64,000 nt of DNA from Candidatus Poribacteria bacterium (GCA_965214095.1 OZ243938.1:4288001-4352000), one strand, 5' to 3'. Counted from the stretch's first letter, positions 8,540-18,948 are shown. The notes: generated from the letters alone by a model not told the origin. Numbers and translations: made by a program.

Positions 8540-9484
8540 CTATGGATAGCAGCTCAAACGTTCCACATGTGTCACAACAGATTCGGAAAGACCTTCTAAA
8601 CTATAACCACCCTCTAATGCTGAAACGACATTGCCAGATGCTACTTCCTCTGCAACGTCCAAAACCAAATCGGTTAACATTCCAAATCCTTCTGCAGTTA
8701 TATAAATATTAGCCAGTGGATCAAGGTGGTGTGCATCAAATCCTGCAGAGATAAGGATAAACTCTGGTGAAAAATCTTGTAATGCTGGAATAAGAACATC
8801 CTCAAAGACTCTGATATATTCGTCATCGCCAGTATCACGTGGCATTGGGACGTTTAGTGTGGTACCACGTGCATTCCCACTCCCCTGTTCATATCGTGAA
8901 CCTGTGCCGGGGTATAGGGGAGATTGATGGATTGAGAAGAAGAAAACCGTCTCGTCTTCATAGAAAATATCTTGTGTTCCGTTACCGTGATGGACATCCC
9001 AATCCACAATAGCAACTCTACCTACACCATGCTCTTGTTGTAGGTAACGTGCTGTAATGGCTATGTTGTTGAACAAACAGAACCCCATGCTCTGTCCCGG
9101 TGTAGCGTGATGACCCGGTGGACGCACCATAGCAAAGGCATTTTTCACCTTGTTAGTCGCTACTGCTTCTGCTGCACACAGCACACCGCCAGTTGAAAGC
9201 AAGGCAATATCGTAGGATTCATATCCAACAGGTGTGTCGTAGGTCAATGGAATTTCTGACTCACAGGATTGCTGGATATGTTCACAGTATCCGGGATTAT
9301 GTGCGTAAGCAATCTGTTCAGGAGTTGCGGGTGTTGGGTCAATGTGGTGTAGTTGGTCCCAAACATCGCTTTGTTGGAGGGCTGCAAGGCTTGCTCTGAG
9401 TCGGTCGGGACGTTCAGGATGTCCGTAACCTGTGTCGTGGTTGAGGTAGTCTGGGTGGTAGATGAATGCAGTGTTTTGTGGCAT
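8540..9484 (-). CDS. Histone deacetylase family (AcuC/HdaH-like) protein
   Basis: HPERPDR, RPPGHHA, GFCLFNN, DWDVHHGNGTQ, SAGFDAH and LEGGY motifs. Confidence 0.95.
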   Translation of the reverse strand: MPQNTAFIYHPDYLNHDTGYGHPERPDRLRASLAALQQSDVWDQLHHIDPTPATPEQIAYAHNPGYCEHIQQSCESEIPLTYDTPVGYESYDIALLSTGGVLCAAEAVATNKVKNAFAMVRPPGHHATPGQSMGFCLFNNIAITARYLQQEHGVGRVAIVDWDVHHGNGTQDIFYEDETVFFFSIHQSPLYPGTGSRYEQGSGNARGTTLNVPMPRDTGDDEYIRVFEDVLIPALQDFSPEFILISAGFDAHHLDPLANIYITAEGFGMLTDLVLDVAEEVASGNVVSALEGGYSLEGLSESVVTHVERLSCYP

Positions 9485-9531
9485 GATATTAAGTTCTACG
9501 GAAGCAATGCTCCTACTGTCTTAGGCGTATA

Positions 9532-9864
9532 TTATTGGGCATTGCAGGGAGTTTTGTTTACTGCACGTAGGTCAACTTCTTTACGTAAGCGAGAATTAAC
9601 ATCATTATCGCTATGGACACAAATACAATTGACACCGTAATTGTTAGCACAATGCCACTTTTCGTGGTTTGGTATTCTCTCCTTCAACGATTCAGTTTGA
9701 CCAATGTATAGAAATGTGTGTGTTGCCCTCCCATCCGAACCTACATCACGCTTTGATAAGATATAGACTGCCCCAACTGTGTTGAATATTGTATCAGTAG
9801 AATATACTTCAAAGGCATAGGTTCCATATTTGCCTTCAAATGTCGCATCAGCTATCTTTCCCAT
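9532..9864 (-). CDS. Small GIY-YIG nuclease-like protein
   Basis: GAVYIL...LYIGQTESLKERI..H matches the GIY-YIG motif pair and the conserved Arg. Confidence 0.7.
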   Translation of the reverse strand: MGKIADATFEGKYGTYAFEVYSTDTIFNTVGAVYILSKRDVGSDGRATHTFLYIGQTESLKERIPNHEKWHCANNYGVNCICVHSDNDVNSRLRKEVDLRAVNKTPCNAQ

Positions 9865-9994
9865 GTTCCTCTATCCTAATTTTAATGTTAGAAACTATTC
9901 CATTTAAGCATAAAAAATAATACTTAGACAACGTCGTAACACATCTAATACTTATGTTCATGAAGGTCTGGCAATGTTCTCATAGCATGTTAGG

Positions 9995-10357
9995 TTATAA
10001 GGAAGCAATTGAAGTTACAGACCATTCAAACTCCCAAGTTTGTGAAGCAATAGCAAAAGGTTCGTCCTGGTGTATTACCTTGTCATGGTTAATACCTGAA
10101 GGATTCTCTTCTCTTCTATTTCCTTCCACTATGTGTTCAGAAGTAAGTAGAGAAGTCTTAGGTTGAGGAATCACATCGCCATGCTCTTTTGCGGTTTCTA
10201 TCCAGCATAAGATGGCATCCCTTCCATTTGCAATCGCTTCGTCAATAGTGTCACCATCAGAGACACAACCTGGTAAGTCAGGAAATTCAATCAGGTAACC
10301 TTCTCCTTCTTCTGTTGTTAATATACTTATTTTAGGTGGGTAACCTAGCTCATTCAT
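9995..10357 (-). CDS. hicB: HicB family antitoxin
   Basis: GYLIEFPDLPGCVSDGDTIDEAIANGRDAI partial RNase H fold. The start overlaps the hicA stop. Confidence 0.88.
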   Translation of the reverse strand: MNELGYPPKISILTTEEGEGYLIEFPDLPGCVSDGDTIDEAIANGRDAILCWIETAKEHGDVIPQPKTSLLTSEHIVEGNRREENPSGINHDKVIHQDEPFAIASQTWEFEWSVTSIASL

Positions 10358-10598
10358 GATTTTCCTCCAACTGATCAATCATTTCAACAAGTTTTCGAAT
10401 ATATACCGGTTTTATCGGACGACGGACAGGGATAGTTAACTTACCCCCGGAATTGTGTCGTAGTGTGACATGACTGCTTCCGCGTTTTGGACGGTTTATT
10501 GATAGACCATAGCGATTCGCAAGGGTTTCAACATCTCTCATCCGCCAATCATTACGCGGATTTGCTCTCATTCTTTCCAGTAATTTATCTCGGCGCAT
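10350..10598 (-). CDS. hicA: HicA family toxin (mRNA interferase)
   Basis: Small basic protein with GSSHVTL..H and LTIP..RPIKPVYIR, directly upstream of hicB. Confidence 0.85.
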   Translation of the reverse strand: MRRDKLLERMRANPRNDWRMRDVETLANRYGLSINRPKRGSSHVTLRHNSGGKLTIPVRRPIKPVYIRKLVEMIDQLEENHE

Positions 10599-10761
10599 AG
10601 AAATAGAACTCCACACAACATCAATTTCTCGCACCGTTGTCGTGTTAGTAATTCAGTTTAATTCCTGCATAAAACAATTTAATGATGAAAACTATGTTAA
10701 AATCGTACCATGTTCAATGGCAATTGTCAACTTAGATTTGTTATTATATATCTCACGTACA

Positions 10762-11862
10762 TCATCCCTGCATCCGTCTAACCCGTGCAGGCGTGTCATC
10801 ACCGCGAATTTCAGACGAAAGGATACGCAGACTCCGATCTTCAACCGGCAGTTCCACTTTGACACCACCGCGCCGATGCGACTCACGTAGTGCTATAGCA
10901 ACCTCTAAAGCAGCCCGTCCATCTTCACCAGAACATTTAGGCGAACCACCATTCTCAATCGCGTTAATGATGTCGTCAACAATGGTCAATCCCATCCCTT
11001 GCATCCGAACAGGATACGGAAACGGACAAGTCGCAGGAACACCGCGTCCACGACGACCACCGGGCAGCACGCGAATCAATTCAAACTTCTCAGCATTGTT
11101 GATTGAACGGATACGACCACCTGAACCGATAACATCTACTTCCCAAGGTGCTGCCCCACACGATGTGCTACGCAGATATGCACGGACACCGTTGTCAAAC
11201 ACGAGATAGCCGTTACCCGACAGGTCGTTTTCACTTTCGGCGGATTCGTCAGACTGCATCTCACCGAAAACCCACTCCACATTGCCACCTGCCATGTATC
11301 GTAGAATATCAATTGCATGGCTGCCGTTATGTGATAGACCACATTGAGCATAGACTGTAACCTGCAGCACATTACCAATTTCACCTTCGTCAATGAGTTT
11401 TCGTGCCTCACTAAAGAAAGGATTCCAACGTCTTGCACAATTGATTGCTACGACTACACCGTTTTCATTGCAGACATCTAACATCTCATCCGCTTCTGCG
11501 AGACTGAGCGAAATTGGTTTTTCTGCCCAGATGCCTTTGACACCCGCACGTGCTACATCCTGTACAATAGTTGAACGCACCCGTGCTGTCGTGCAGACAC
11601 TGACAAGATCGAGATTTTCCTTCTCTAACATCTCACGATAATCGCTATAGATATGTTCTGAACCAAGTCCCCAACGTTCACCGAATATCTCTGCTTGTTC
11701 CTCATGAAGGTCAGCACCAGCGACTAATTCTGTTTTTGGTGATGCATCATAACTCGGCGCATGACAGTATGGCAGGAAGAGCGACCCTCCCTGTGTTATT
11801 TCGTCGTCAAAAGTGCTCCCCATCCGTCCTAAACCGATAACACCTGCACGATATGTTGCCAT
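10762..11862 (-). CDS. Gfo/Idh/MocA family oxidoreductase
   Basis: Rossmann GVIGLGRMG and AEKP motifs. The start at MATYR follows a GGGAGGT SD. Confidence 0.9.
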   Translation of the reverse strand: MATYRAGVIGLGRMGSTFDDEITQGGSLFLPYCHAPSYDASPKTELVAGADLHEEQAEIFGERWGLGSEHIYSDYREMLEKENLDLVSVCTTARVRSTIVQDVARAGVKGIWAEKPISLSLAEADEMLDVCNENGVVVAINCARRWNPFFSEARKLIDEGEIGNVLQVTVYAQCGLSHNGSHAIDILRYMAGGNVEWVFGEMQSDESAESENDLSGNGYLVFDNGVRAYLRSTSCGAAPWEVDVIGSGGRIRSINNAEKFELIRVLPGGRRGRGVPATCPFPYPVRMQGMGLTIVDDIINAIENGGSPKCSGEDGRAALEVAIALRESHRRGGVKVELPVEDRSLRILSSEIRGDDTPARVRRMQG

Positions 11863-11919
11863 CTTTACCTCCCGATAGTAATCTCGTAATCTAAAACGAG
11901 TTTTGTAGTATTTACTCAA

Positions 11920-12570
11920 CTAAGTTGGTAATTTCTCATAAACAAAATCCAACCACTTATCTTGTGGTGGTATAATTTTAGGTTTTGGTGAAAGTGGTGT
12001 CCAGTAAGGCTTGAAAATATGTCCTAAATCGCTCTTCAATTCCCACGCATCCTCTGTTTTCTCTTGTGTGGATAGATAGAAAAAGTGTCGTTTTTTCTGA
12101 GCACTTAAGTGTTCATTCGGCACCCATCCTGTAATATTATGGTCAATATGTGTTGGTTTGAAATTTCTGTTATATACATATTCAATGTACGAAATATGTG
12201 TGAAATCTTCTTGGGTTGAATGGTAATCGACAGTGAGTCCTCTGGTAAGTTTGTCTTTGTATGGAACTGCAGTCAGATCGGGTTTTATGTAGACTTTGGT
12301 TGTATTCGTGATAATTCGTTGGTTTTGTTCTAACTCATTTTCAAAACAACCGAGATATTTTTCAACTTTTATATCTCGTAGACCTGTTTCTTCATAAGTT
12401 TCGCGTATGGCTGTAGTTTCAATATCTTCACCTACTTCAACAGAACCTGCGGGAATTTGAATGCCTGCAGTAGGGTGTTTGAATACAAGCAGCATCTTTA
12501 TACCATTCCGTTCTTGTGTAATAAATGCTGTGACTTTTTCAAGTCGATTCTTCATTCGTCGCTCTCCCAT
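11920..12570 (-). CDS. NUDIX hydrolase
   Basis: Nudix box GSVEVGEDIETTAIRETYEETG. Confidence 0.85.
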   Translation of the reverse strand: MGERRMKNRLEKVTAFITQERNGIKMLLVFKHPTAGIQIPAGSVEVGEDIETTAIRETYEETGLRDIKVEKYLGCFENELEQNQRIITNTTKVYIKPDLTAVPYKDKLTRGLTVDYHSTQEDFTHISYIEYVYNRNFKPTHIDHNITGWVPNEHLSAQKKRHFFYLSTQEKTEDAWELKSDLGHIFKPYWTPLSPKPKIIPPQDKWLDFVYEKLPT

Positions 12571-12692
12571 ACTGCTTCCGTTACAATATCTGCAGCCTTC
12601 GTTAAGTCAAAGTCCAACACATGTTCATAAGATTACGGTTCTTCAATACCTACAAACAGCAAATGAATGTAGGATTGAAGAACCGCAGCATA

Positions 12693-14249
12693 CTAAGCAT
12701 AGATATTCTTCATCTGCCAAGCATCTAATGATACAAGCTGACTGTCTTGCCCTTGAGAACGCAAAGATACGCCAACACTGTCTTCTCTGTCAGGATAAAC
12801 ACGCATAGCAACACACTGCCTACCATTAGCGAATACCTCAACGACACTCTTGTCAATAAACACTCGCAGTTTGAGCGTTTCGTCTCCCAAAATAGACAGA
12901 CCGCCAGTTTCAGGTGCACGCGAACGTACATCCGGTGCAAGTGATGAATATGATGAATCTATCGTTAACAGACTTTCGCGAACATTCCTTTCTGAGTCAT
13001 GATTTCGCATACCGCGTTCTCTGAAGAATGCAATACGGGTGAATTCCTCTTTCTGCGGTGAACGAAGCACGTTCAACTCAACCATGGGTGAGCCTTTCGT
13101 GTCTATTTCCAATTCCAGTTCCATTGCATTGCCATTGATGTTTTCTAATACAACTTCCTGATTCGCAGGTAACGTTGTCGCATCAACATGTTGATGGTCA
13201 GACCTTAGCGATTCTATATCACCTGCAGGTTCAACACCGATTTCGTCTCTTGGGAGAAGTGTCAACCGCCGTGGCAACGTCATAATCTGATTCCAGCCTT
13301 TCGTCGGTTTAGCGGGATTCATGTTATAGATGACGATGACACCACCTTCACCATCAGGTGTCGCAGAGGGTGCGTGTACACCAGCAGGGGATGCAGCCCC
13401 AAAGTTGTTTTTCGCCCCTCCTGTCACGACAAACTTATCCCGTGCTTTGTCGTAATCACCGAGTAGATATTGTCCACCACTCATGTGACTGAAGAAGAGG
13501 AGGATATGTTTGTCACCGATAGGCCAAAAATAGGGACATGCCCCATCATCACCGACCAATGTATATTGATCGTCTTCAACAAATGGATGTAGATAAACCC
13601 AATTCGCCAAATCAGCAGAACGGAGTAAGAAATTCGCACGCACAGGTTTTCCAGCAGGACCGTGTGGTAATGTTCCACCCGATAACGAGTAATACATATC
13701 ATCCTTTTTCCAGATGCATGGATCGAAAACACGATAGACAGGATTTGTGCCATCAGCATGCCTTGAGGGTATTACTGCCTTTCCAGACACCTTCTCCCAA
13801 TTTAAGAGAAGTGGATCGCTTGATACAGCAACCATGTTGCCGACTACTGTGCCGTGATACATTGCAATCACGCGGTCTTCTTCAACGAATGTGGAACCAG
13901 AGAAACAGCATCTCTCTGGATTAGGATAAATCGCGTAAGGTAGGTCGCGCCAGTGGATAAGGTCATCACTAATTGCGTGTCCCCAGTGTTGACGTGTGTC
14001 TTCCGGTGGATATGCCTGATAGAAAAGATGCCAACGTCCCTGCCAAAAGCATAATCCATTTGGGTCATTGAGCATCGCTTCTGGATTGATGTAGTGGTAG
14101 ATTGGACGATGCGGATCCCCTTCATAAGTCTTACGATATTCGTTCAACCGTATCATCAAGGGATTAGTCTTTAACTGTTCTTCCTGTTCTTCCAATGTTT
14201 CCGCGAACGTAAAATGCGGAACTTTAGAGGTGAAGTCTTCGTTAGCCAT
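12693..14249 (-). CDS. Glycoside hydrolase family 32-like protein
   Basis: NDPNG, WHLFYQ, HWGHA.S.DL.HW and FSGS motifs, with C-terminal D.SVVEVF. The canonical ECP motif reads ACP here. Confidence 0.9.
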   Translation of the reverse strand: MANEDFTSKVPHFTFAETLEEQEEQLKTNPLMIRLNEYRKTYEGDPHRPIYHYINPEAMLNDPNGLCFWQGRWHLFYQAYPPEDTRQHWGHAISDDLIHWRDLPYAIYPNPERCCFSGSTFVEEDRVIAMYHGTVVGNMVAVSSDPLLLNWEKVSGKAVIPSRHADGTNPVYRVFDPCIWKKDDMYYSLSGGTLPHGPAGKPVRANFLLRSADLANWVYLHPFVEDDQYTLVGDDGACPYFWPIGDKHILLFFSHMSGGQYLLGDYDKARDKFVVTGGAKNNFGAASPAGVHAPSATPDGEGGVIVIYNMNPAKPTKGWNQIMTLPRRLTLLPRDEIGVEPAGDIESLRSDHQHVDATTLPANQEVVLENINGNAMELELEIDTKGSPMVELNVLRSPQKEEFTRIAFFRERGMRNHDSERNVRESLLTIDSSYSSLAPDVRSRAPETGGLSILGDETLKLRVFIDKSVVEVFANGRQCVAMRVYPDREDSVGVSLRSQGQDSQLVSLDAWQMKNIYA

Positions 14250-14454
14250 AGTTTCTCCTATGTGTAATGAATGTAAGATATATAGTGCTTAACATAGCAT
14301 GGGATTTGCTATGTGTCCAGTAAATTGTGAGTTCTGAATGAAAAGGTGTTTTCGGTGAAAGGTAAGAGTGGATTGATTTCTTTGGTAATTGGAGAGAGAT
14401 AGGTTAGGTAAGAATGGTTAGATTATTGGTATCCAAAAGAACTTGAAATTGCAT

Positions 14455-14580
14455 TCAGGGTGAGGAGTCTTCTGAATTGAATTTCACGATTTCTTCCCAA
14501 AGTATGTTACCATCCGTATCGCAAAATTTCTGTATGAATTCTAAGGTAAACTTATTGACAACTTTGGCATACTCTTGCAT
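14455..14580 (-). pseudogene. 3' remnant of a PmeII-like type II restriction endonuclease gene
   Basis: My translation is MQEYAKVVNKFTLEFIQKFCDTDGNILWEEIVKFNSEDSSP*. It resembles the F..EF...FC..DG.I.WE..V.FNS C-terminus I recall for that family. The rest of the gene is absent. Confidence 0.5.
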
Positions 14581-14690
14581 AATCGTAGAATCTTCAAGTG
14601 AAATGTATGTATTTCAATGTTGCAGACATAACAAAATTCAAGCACAATTGCTCAGTAACAGTCCAAGGTGGACATATTCCAAGTTTTAAG

Positions 14691-14720
14691 TTGACATAAT
14701 TCAGATTCACATGGTATCAT
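14691..14720 (+). promoter_or_regulatory. Putative sigma70 promoter for the S55 operon
   Basis: TTGACA-18 nt-TATCAT with a TG extended -10. Confidence 0.5.
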
Positions 14721-14872
14721 TAATCCATTACAAATAAACTGGTTTTTGCAACATGAATCATTCGTTGTGTGGCAATAGATATACCTTTTTATTGATACAT
14801 GAGTTCTAACAAAAAATCTAAGTTGTGTCATACATGTAAATTGATTTCAATAAATCAAAGAGGAGTAAAGTA

Positions 14873-16762
14873 GTGAAAAAGAATTTACTTTGTGTGCTTG
14901 TAGTATTCTGCATGATTGTACTCAATGCAAACGCACAAATTGAATGGGACGCTGACGAGTTCATGCCGTTGTCTGAAGTAAAAAAAGGCATGAAAGGTAA
15001 AGGATACACAGTGTTTTCTGGTACAGATGCTGAAGAATTTACTTATGAAGTAACCAGCATTGAATACAACTCAAATCCAGGATGGCACGTGGTATGGGCA
15101 GAAGGTACCAGTGAGAACTTTAAGCGTACCGGTGTTGCTGGTGGAATGAGTGGTAGTCCAGTCTACATTAATGGACGGTTAATGGGAGCTATTTCACTTG
15201 GTTATTTCAATCAACGTGAACACTCAAATAACTTTGGAATCACACCATTCGAACAAATGGTTGATGTCGCAGAACGCGGTATGAAACCCAACCTTTTATA
15301 TGCTCACACACAACAGACCGAACTCGGTTCTGAATTTGTCCAGGAAGGTCTCAATATGTTGCCTACCCTTCTTCCTAAAGGCGATAACGGTTTGTTCACA
15401 AATCCGATTGATAATGCCAACATGGCATCAGATTTTGACTTGAATGTTGAAGAGTTTTCATTGCAGTTGGCAATACCTGTCACCATTCCAAGGCTTGATA
15501 GACAAACCCTGCAGCTACTAAAACCATTTTTTGCAAGAGGGAATATGGTGCCTCTCCAAGCAGCAGGAGGTGGAGCTCCTGTCAAAGAATCCCCTGTTGA
15601 ACCGGGACAGATTGTTGGACAAGAGGTAATACGGGGTGATGTTGCATCTTTTGGCTTTGGAACTATCACTTATGTTGACAAACAGAAGAAAGAATTACTT
15701 GCTTATGGACATTCTGCGTTTGGTGAGGGCAATGTCAACCTACCGTTGTCTGGAGGTTATGTCCACTTTATTCTGCCAAGTCGGACTCGATCATCTAAAG
15801 TTGCTTCCGCAACGCAACCAATCGGAACTTTGGTACAAGATCGTGTTCCCGCAATTGCTGGGCTAATTGAAGAACTTCCGAACACGCATCACTTTATTCC
15901 AGTGACAGCAAAGGTTCAAACATCTGATAAGAAAGTGCATAATCTATCCTATGAAGCTGCACGAGATAAGACGTTCACAGCACTTTATGCGGCTTCTGGA
16001 ATTTCGGGTTTAGTAAGCGCGATGGAATTCTCTGGTAATGATCACACAGTCAATGTAATGGCTAAAATTAAACTTGAAGATCATCCAGAATTAGACAATA
16101 ATGAAGTCGTCGTAAACAACATCTTTTCATCAAGCGGATCCCCTGGATTTAACGTCTCACAGACAATATTATCCCCGATGCTGGATCTGTTAGTGAATCC
16201 TTATGCTAAAGTTAAAATAGAGTCTATTGACTTTGATATTAAATTAGAGGATAGACGAAAGACAGCGGTGATTCTGAAATCACGACTTGATAAGAATGTC
16301 TATCGTCCAGGGGAAGAAGTAGAAATTACATATACTATTCGTCCCTATCTTGAGCAAACTGAGACATTATCAGTTAAAATTAAAATTCCGAAAGATACAC
16401 CTGATGGAATTGTCTTGCTACGAGCAATGAGTGCAAACTCGTATCAGAGTTGGAAACGTTCACGAGCCCCAGGAAGTTCTCGTGCGACAAACATCAATCA
16501 GTTGGTAAAATTATTAAATGACGGTGAACCGAACACAAACCTTATCCTTGAACTCTCCGTACCACAACCCGGATTAACCGTTCAAGGTGAGGAATTTCCT
16601 AATCTACCGCTTTCCGTTATGTCTGTGATGAACACCACACTCCGAAGTGGAGAAAATGGTTTCACGTTTGGCACAGTGGTACATACGGATAAGGTTGAAA
16701 CTGACTACATTATCGTTGGCACTGCTTCTATGCCGGTAGCCGTTAATAGGAATGCACAATAA
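14873..16762 (+). CDS. Secreted SpoIVB-like peptidase S55 domain protein
   Basis: Signal peptide, MKGKGYTVFSG, and the S55 catalytic Ser motif GVAGGMSGSPVYINGRLMGA. Confidence 0.85.
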   Translation: MKKNLLCVLVVFCMIVLNANAQIEWDADEFMPLSEVKKGMKGKGYTVFSGTDAEEFTYEVTSIEYNSNPGWHVVWAEGTSENFKRTGVAGGMSGSPVYINGRLMGAISLGYFNQREHSNNFGITPFEQMVDVAERGMKPNLLYAHTQQTELGSEFVQEGLNMLPTLLPKGDNGLFTNPIDNANMASDFDLNVEEFSLQLAIPVTIPRLDRQTLQLLKPFFARGNMVPLQAAGGGAPVKESPVEPGQIVGQEVIRGDVASFGFGTITYVDKQKKELLAYGHSAFGEGNVNLPLSGGYVHFILPSRTRSSKVASATQPIGTLVQDRVPAIAGLIEELPNTHHFIPVTAKVQTSDKKVHNLSYEAARDKTFTALYAASGISGLVSAMEFSGNDHTVNVMAKIKLEDHPELDNNEVVVNNIFSSSGSPGFNVSQTILSPMLDLLVNPYAKVKIESIDFDIKLEDRRKTAVILKSRLDKNVYRPGEEVEITYTIRPYLEQTETLSVKIKIPKDTPDGIVLLRAMSANSYQSWKRSRAPGSSRATNINQLVKLLNDGEPNTNLILELSVPQPGLTVQGEEFPNLPLSVMSVMNTTLRSGENGFTFGTVVHTDKVETDYIIVGTASMPVAVNRNAQ

Positions 16763-16817
16763 TCTAATATTGGATTTATTTTCATTTACGCGCAATTGTA
16801 ACAGGAGGATATGTTTT

Positions 16818-18923
16818 ATGCGCAGCTTTTTTCGCTTTTGGAGCCTGATGGCATTACTCTTAATTCCCGTATGTATTGCATCGGCTGTGACCACATCATT
16901 GTGGGAACAACATCAGAGATCGGATTTTGAATCAGGAGAAATTAAGAAAATTTCTGTTTCAAGCACCGGAGATGCCATGTTATCACGCAAAATTGACGGT
17001 TTCTCAAAAATAGATGAGGCACGTGTCTGGGCACTCGTTGAAGACTCTGAAGGCAATATCTATGCTGGAACAGGCAGCGAAGGCAAAATTTACAAAATAG
17101 ACGCAGACGGTCAAAATTTCTCACTTTATTACGATTCACCTGAAGTAGAAATATATAGTCTTGCTATCGGAGCAGATGATACCCTCTATGCAGGCACAGG
17201 TCCTGATGGGTTGATCTACAAAATTACAGATGAATCTACACCGCCAGAAACCATTCTAAAAGAAGGCGACAAATACGTATGGTCTATGCATCTTGACGAC
17301 GCAGGAAACCTGTTTGCCGCTACGGGTCTTGAAGGCAAAGTATATAAAATTACACCTGACGGCGAAGTCAATGTTCTATTTGATGCTGAAGAAAAGAATA
17401 TCGTTTCTTTAGTCGCTTATGATGGTGGGTTTTATGCTGGTAGTAGCGGAAACGGTATTATCTACAAAATCGGTGAAGATGGAACTGCAAACGTAGTATA
17501 TCAAGCCAAGGAGAAAGATGTACGGAATCTGGTCATGGATAGTAAAGGCAACGTCTATGCTTCATTAATTACATCCGTACCTATTGATAGAAGTAGTAGA
17601 AGTGCACGTCCAAGCAGAGGTCCATCTGTGCCTTCACCACAGGCACCAGGCAGCGGTCCACCCAAGGAAAACAAATCCTTTATTTATCGGATTCACGCCG
17701 ATGGAACAGTTGCCCAAGTATGGAGTTCACCAGAACCGCTGATCTCATCTATTGTTTTGGAAGACGACGATAATCTACTGGTTGGAACCGGAAGCAATGG
17801 CAAATTATTTCGCGTTGAAACAGGTACAGGGGAATTTGCTGAAATTGGCAAATCTTCTTCAAAAGATGTCGTAGGGATATACCAAACAAAGAATTCGGAT
17901 AACATGAAGACGATCCTTGCTGCTGGTAACCCAGGTAAACTCTTCCAGCTTACAGCAGAACATGTTGAGGAAGGCACAATTGAATCTTCTGTTCACAACG
18001 CACAGAGTTTGTCACGTTGGGGTAAACTCTCGTGGGAAGCTGATGTACCAGAAGGTACTTCAATTAGTTTTGCTACTCGTTCAGGTAACACCAGAAAACC
18101 TGATGATACATGGAACGAATGGTCAGATGAACTCATGACACCTGAAGGATCGCAAATTCCCAATGCGGATGCACAATATATCCAATGGCGAGCAAAGTTC
18201 ACTACAACTGATCCTGCCAAATCACCTACACTGAAGAAGGTAATACTCGCATCTGCTCAAACAAATGTTGAGCCACGGTTTACCAGTATTTCTGTAGGCG
18301 CAGCCGGTAGAAGTAGTTCACAACGTCCCTCAGCCGGTCCGCCATCAAGCAGTGCAAGTAGAGGCTCGTCCTCAGCTTCATCACCCAAAAGATGGAAAAT
18401 TGAGTGGAAAGTTGAAGATGTCAATAAGGACACACTACAATTTACCGTTTACTACAAAGGTGTTGATGAAGAAAACTGGCAGCTCCTCAAAAAAGAACTC
18501 GCTGCTCCCAGTTATGATTGGGATATCACCTCAATCGCTGATGGCAGATACAAACTGAAGGTCGTTGCTACCGATAAGCTAAGCAATCCTGTCGGATGGG
18601 AAAAAACTGCCAAGAAAGAAAGTGCACCGTTCAGTATTGATAATACCGATCCGAATGTCGGTGAAATTGAAGTTGAACCAAACGGTGAAGGATTTAAAAT
18701 CACATGTAAGGTCTCGGATATGATGAACACTGTCCAGAAAGCTGTCTATAAGATTGACAACGACGAAAAGTGGAAAGTCATATTCCCAGATGATGGCATC
18801 TTTGATTCCAAAGAAGAGACCTTATTATTAGAAACTGGAAAACTATCCGAAGGTGCTCATAGCATTACAATTCGGGTAACCGATAAAGCACAGAACACTG
18901 CAACTGGTCGTGGAAGTTTCTAA
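16818..18923 (+). CDS. Secreted beta-propeller protein with C-terminal Ig/FN3-like domains
   Basis: Signal peptide and repeated (D..G.)IYAGTG..GKIYKI blades. It has Ser/Pro-rich linkers and C-terminal DGRYKLKVVATD and EGAHSITIRVTD beta-sandwiches. The start follows AGGAGG. Confidence 0.8.
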   Translation: MRSFFRFWSLMALLLIPVCIASAVTTSLWEQHQRSDFESGEIKKISVSSTGDAMLSRKIDGFSKIDEARVWALVEDSEGNIYAGTGSEGKIYKIDADGQNFSLYYDSPEVEIYSLAIGADDTLYAGTGPDGLIYKITDESTPPETILKEGDKYVWSMHLDDAGNLFAATGLEGKVYKITPDGEVNVLFDAEEKNIVSLVAYDGGFYAGSSGNGIIYKIGEDGTANVVYQAKEKDVRNLVMDSKGNVYASLITSVPIDRSSRSARPSRGPSVPSPQAPGSGPPKENKSFIYRIHADGTVAQVWSSPEPLISSIVLEDDDNLLVGTGSNGKLFRVETGTGEFAEIGKSSSKDVVGIYQTKNSDNMKTILAAGNPGKLFQLTAEHVEEGTIESSVHNAQSLSRWGKLSWEADVPEGTSISFATRSGNTRKPDDTWNEWSDELMTPEGSQIPNADAQYIQWRAKFTTTDPAKSPTLKKVILASAQTNVEPRFTSISVGAAGRSSSQRPSAGPPSSSASRGSSSASSPKRWKIEWKVEDVNKDTLQFTVYYKGVDEENWQLLKKELAAPSYDWDITSIADGRYKLKVVATDKLSNPVGWEKTAKKESAPFSIDNTDPNVGEIEVEPNGEGFKITCKVSDMMNTVQKAVYKIDNDEKWKVIFPDDGIFDSKEETLLLETGKLSEGAHSITIRVTDKAQNTATGRGSF

Positions 18924-18948
18924 TACTGTGATTTAGAGCAGACAAATT

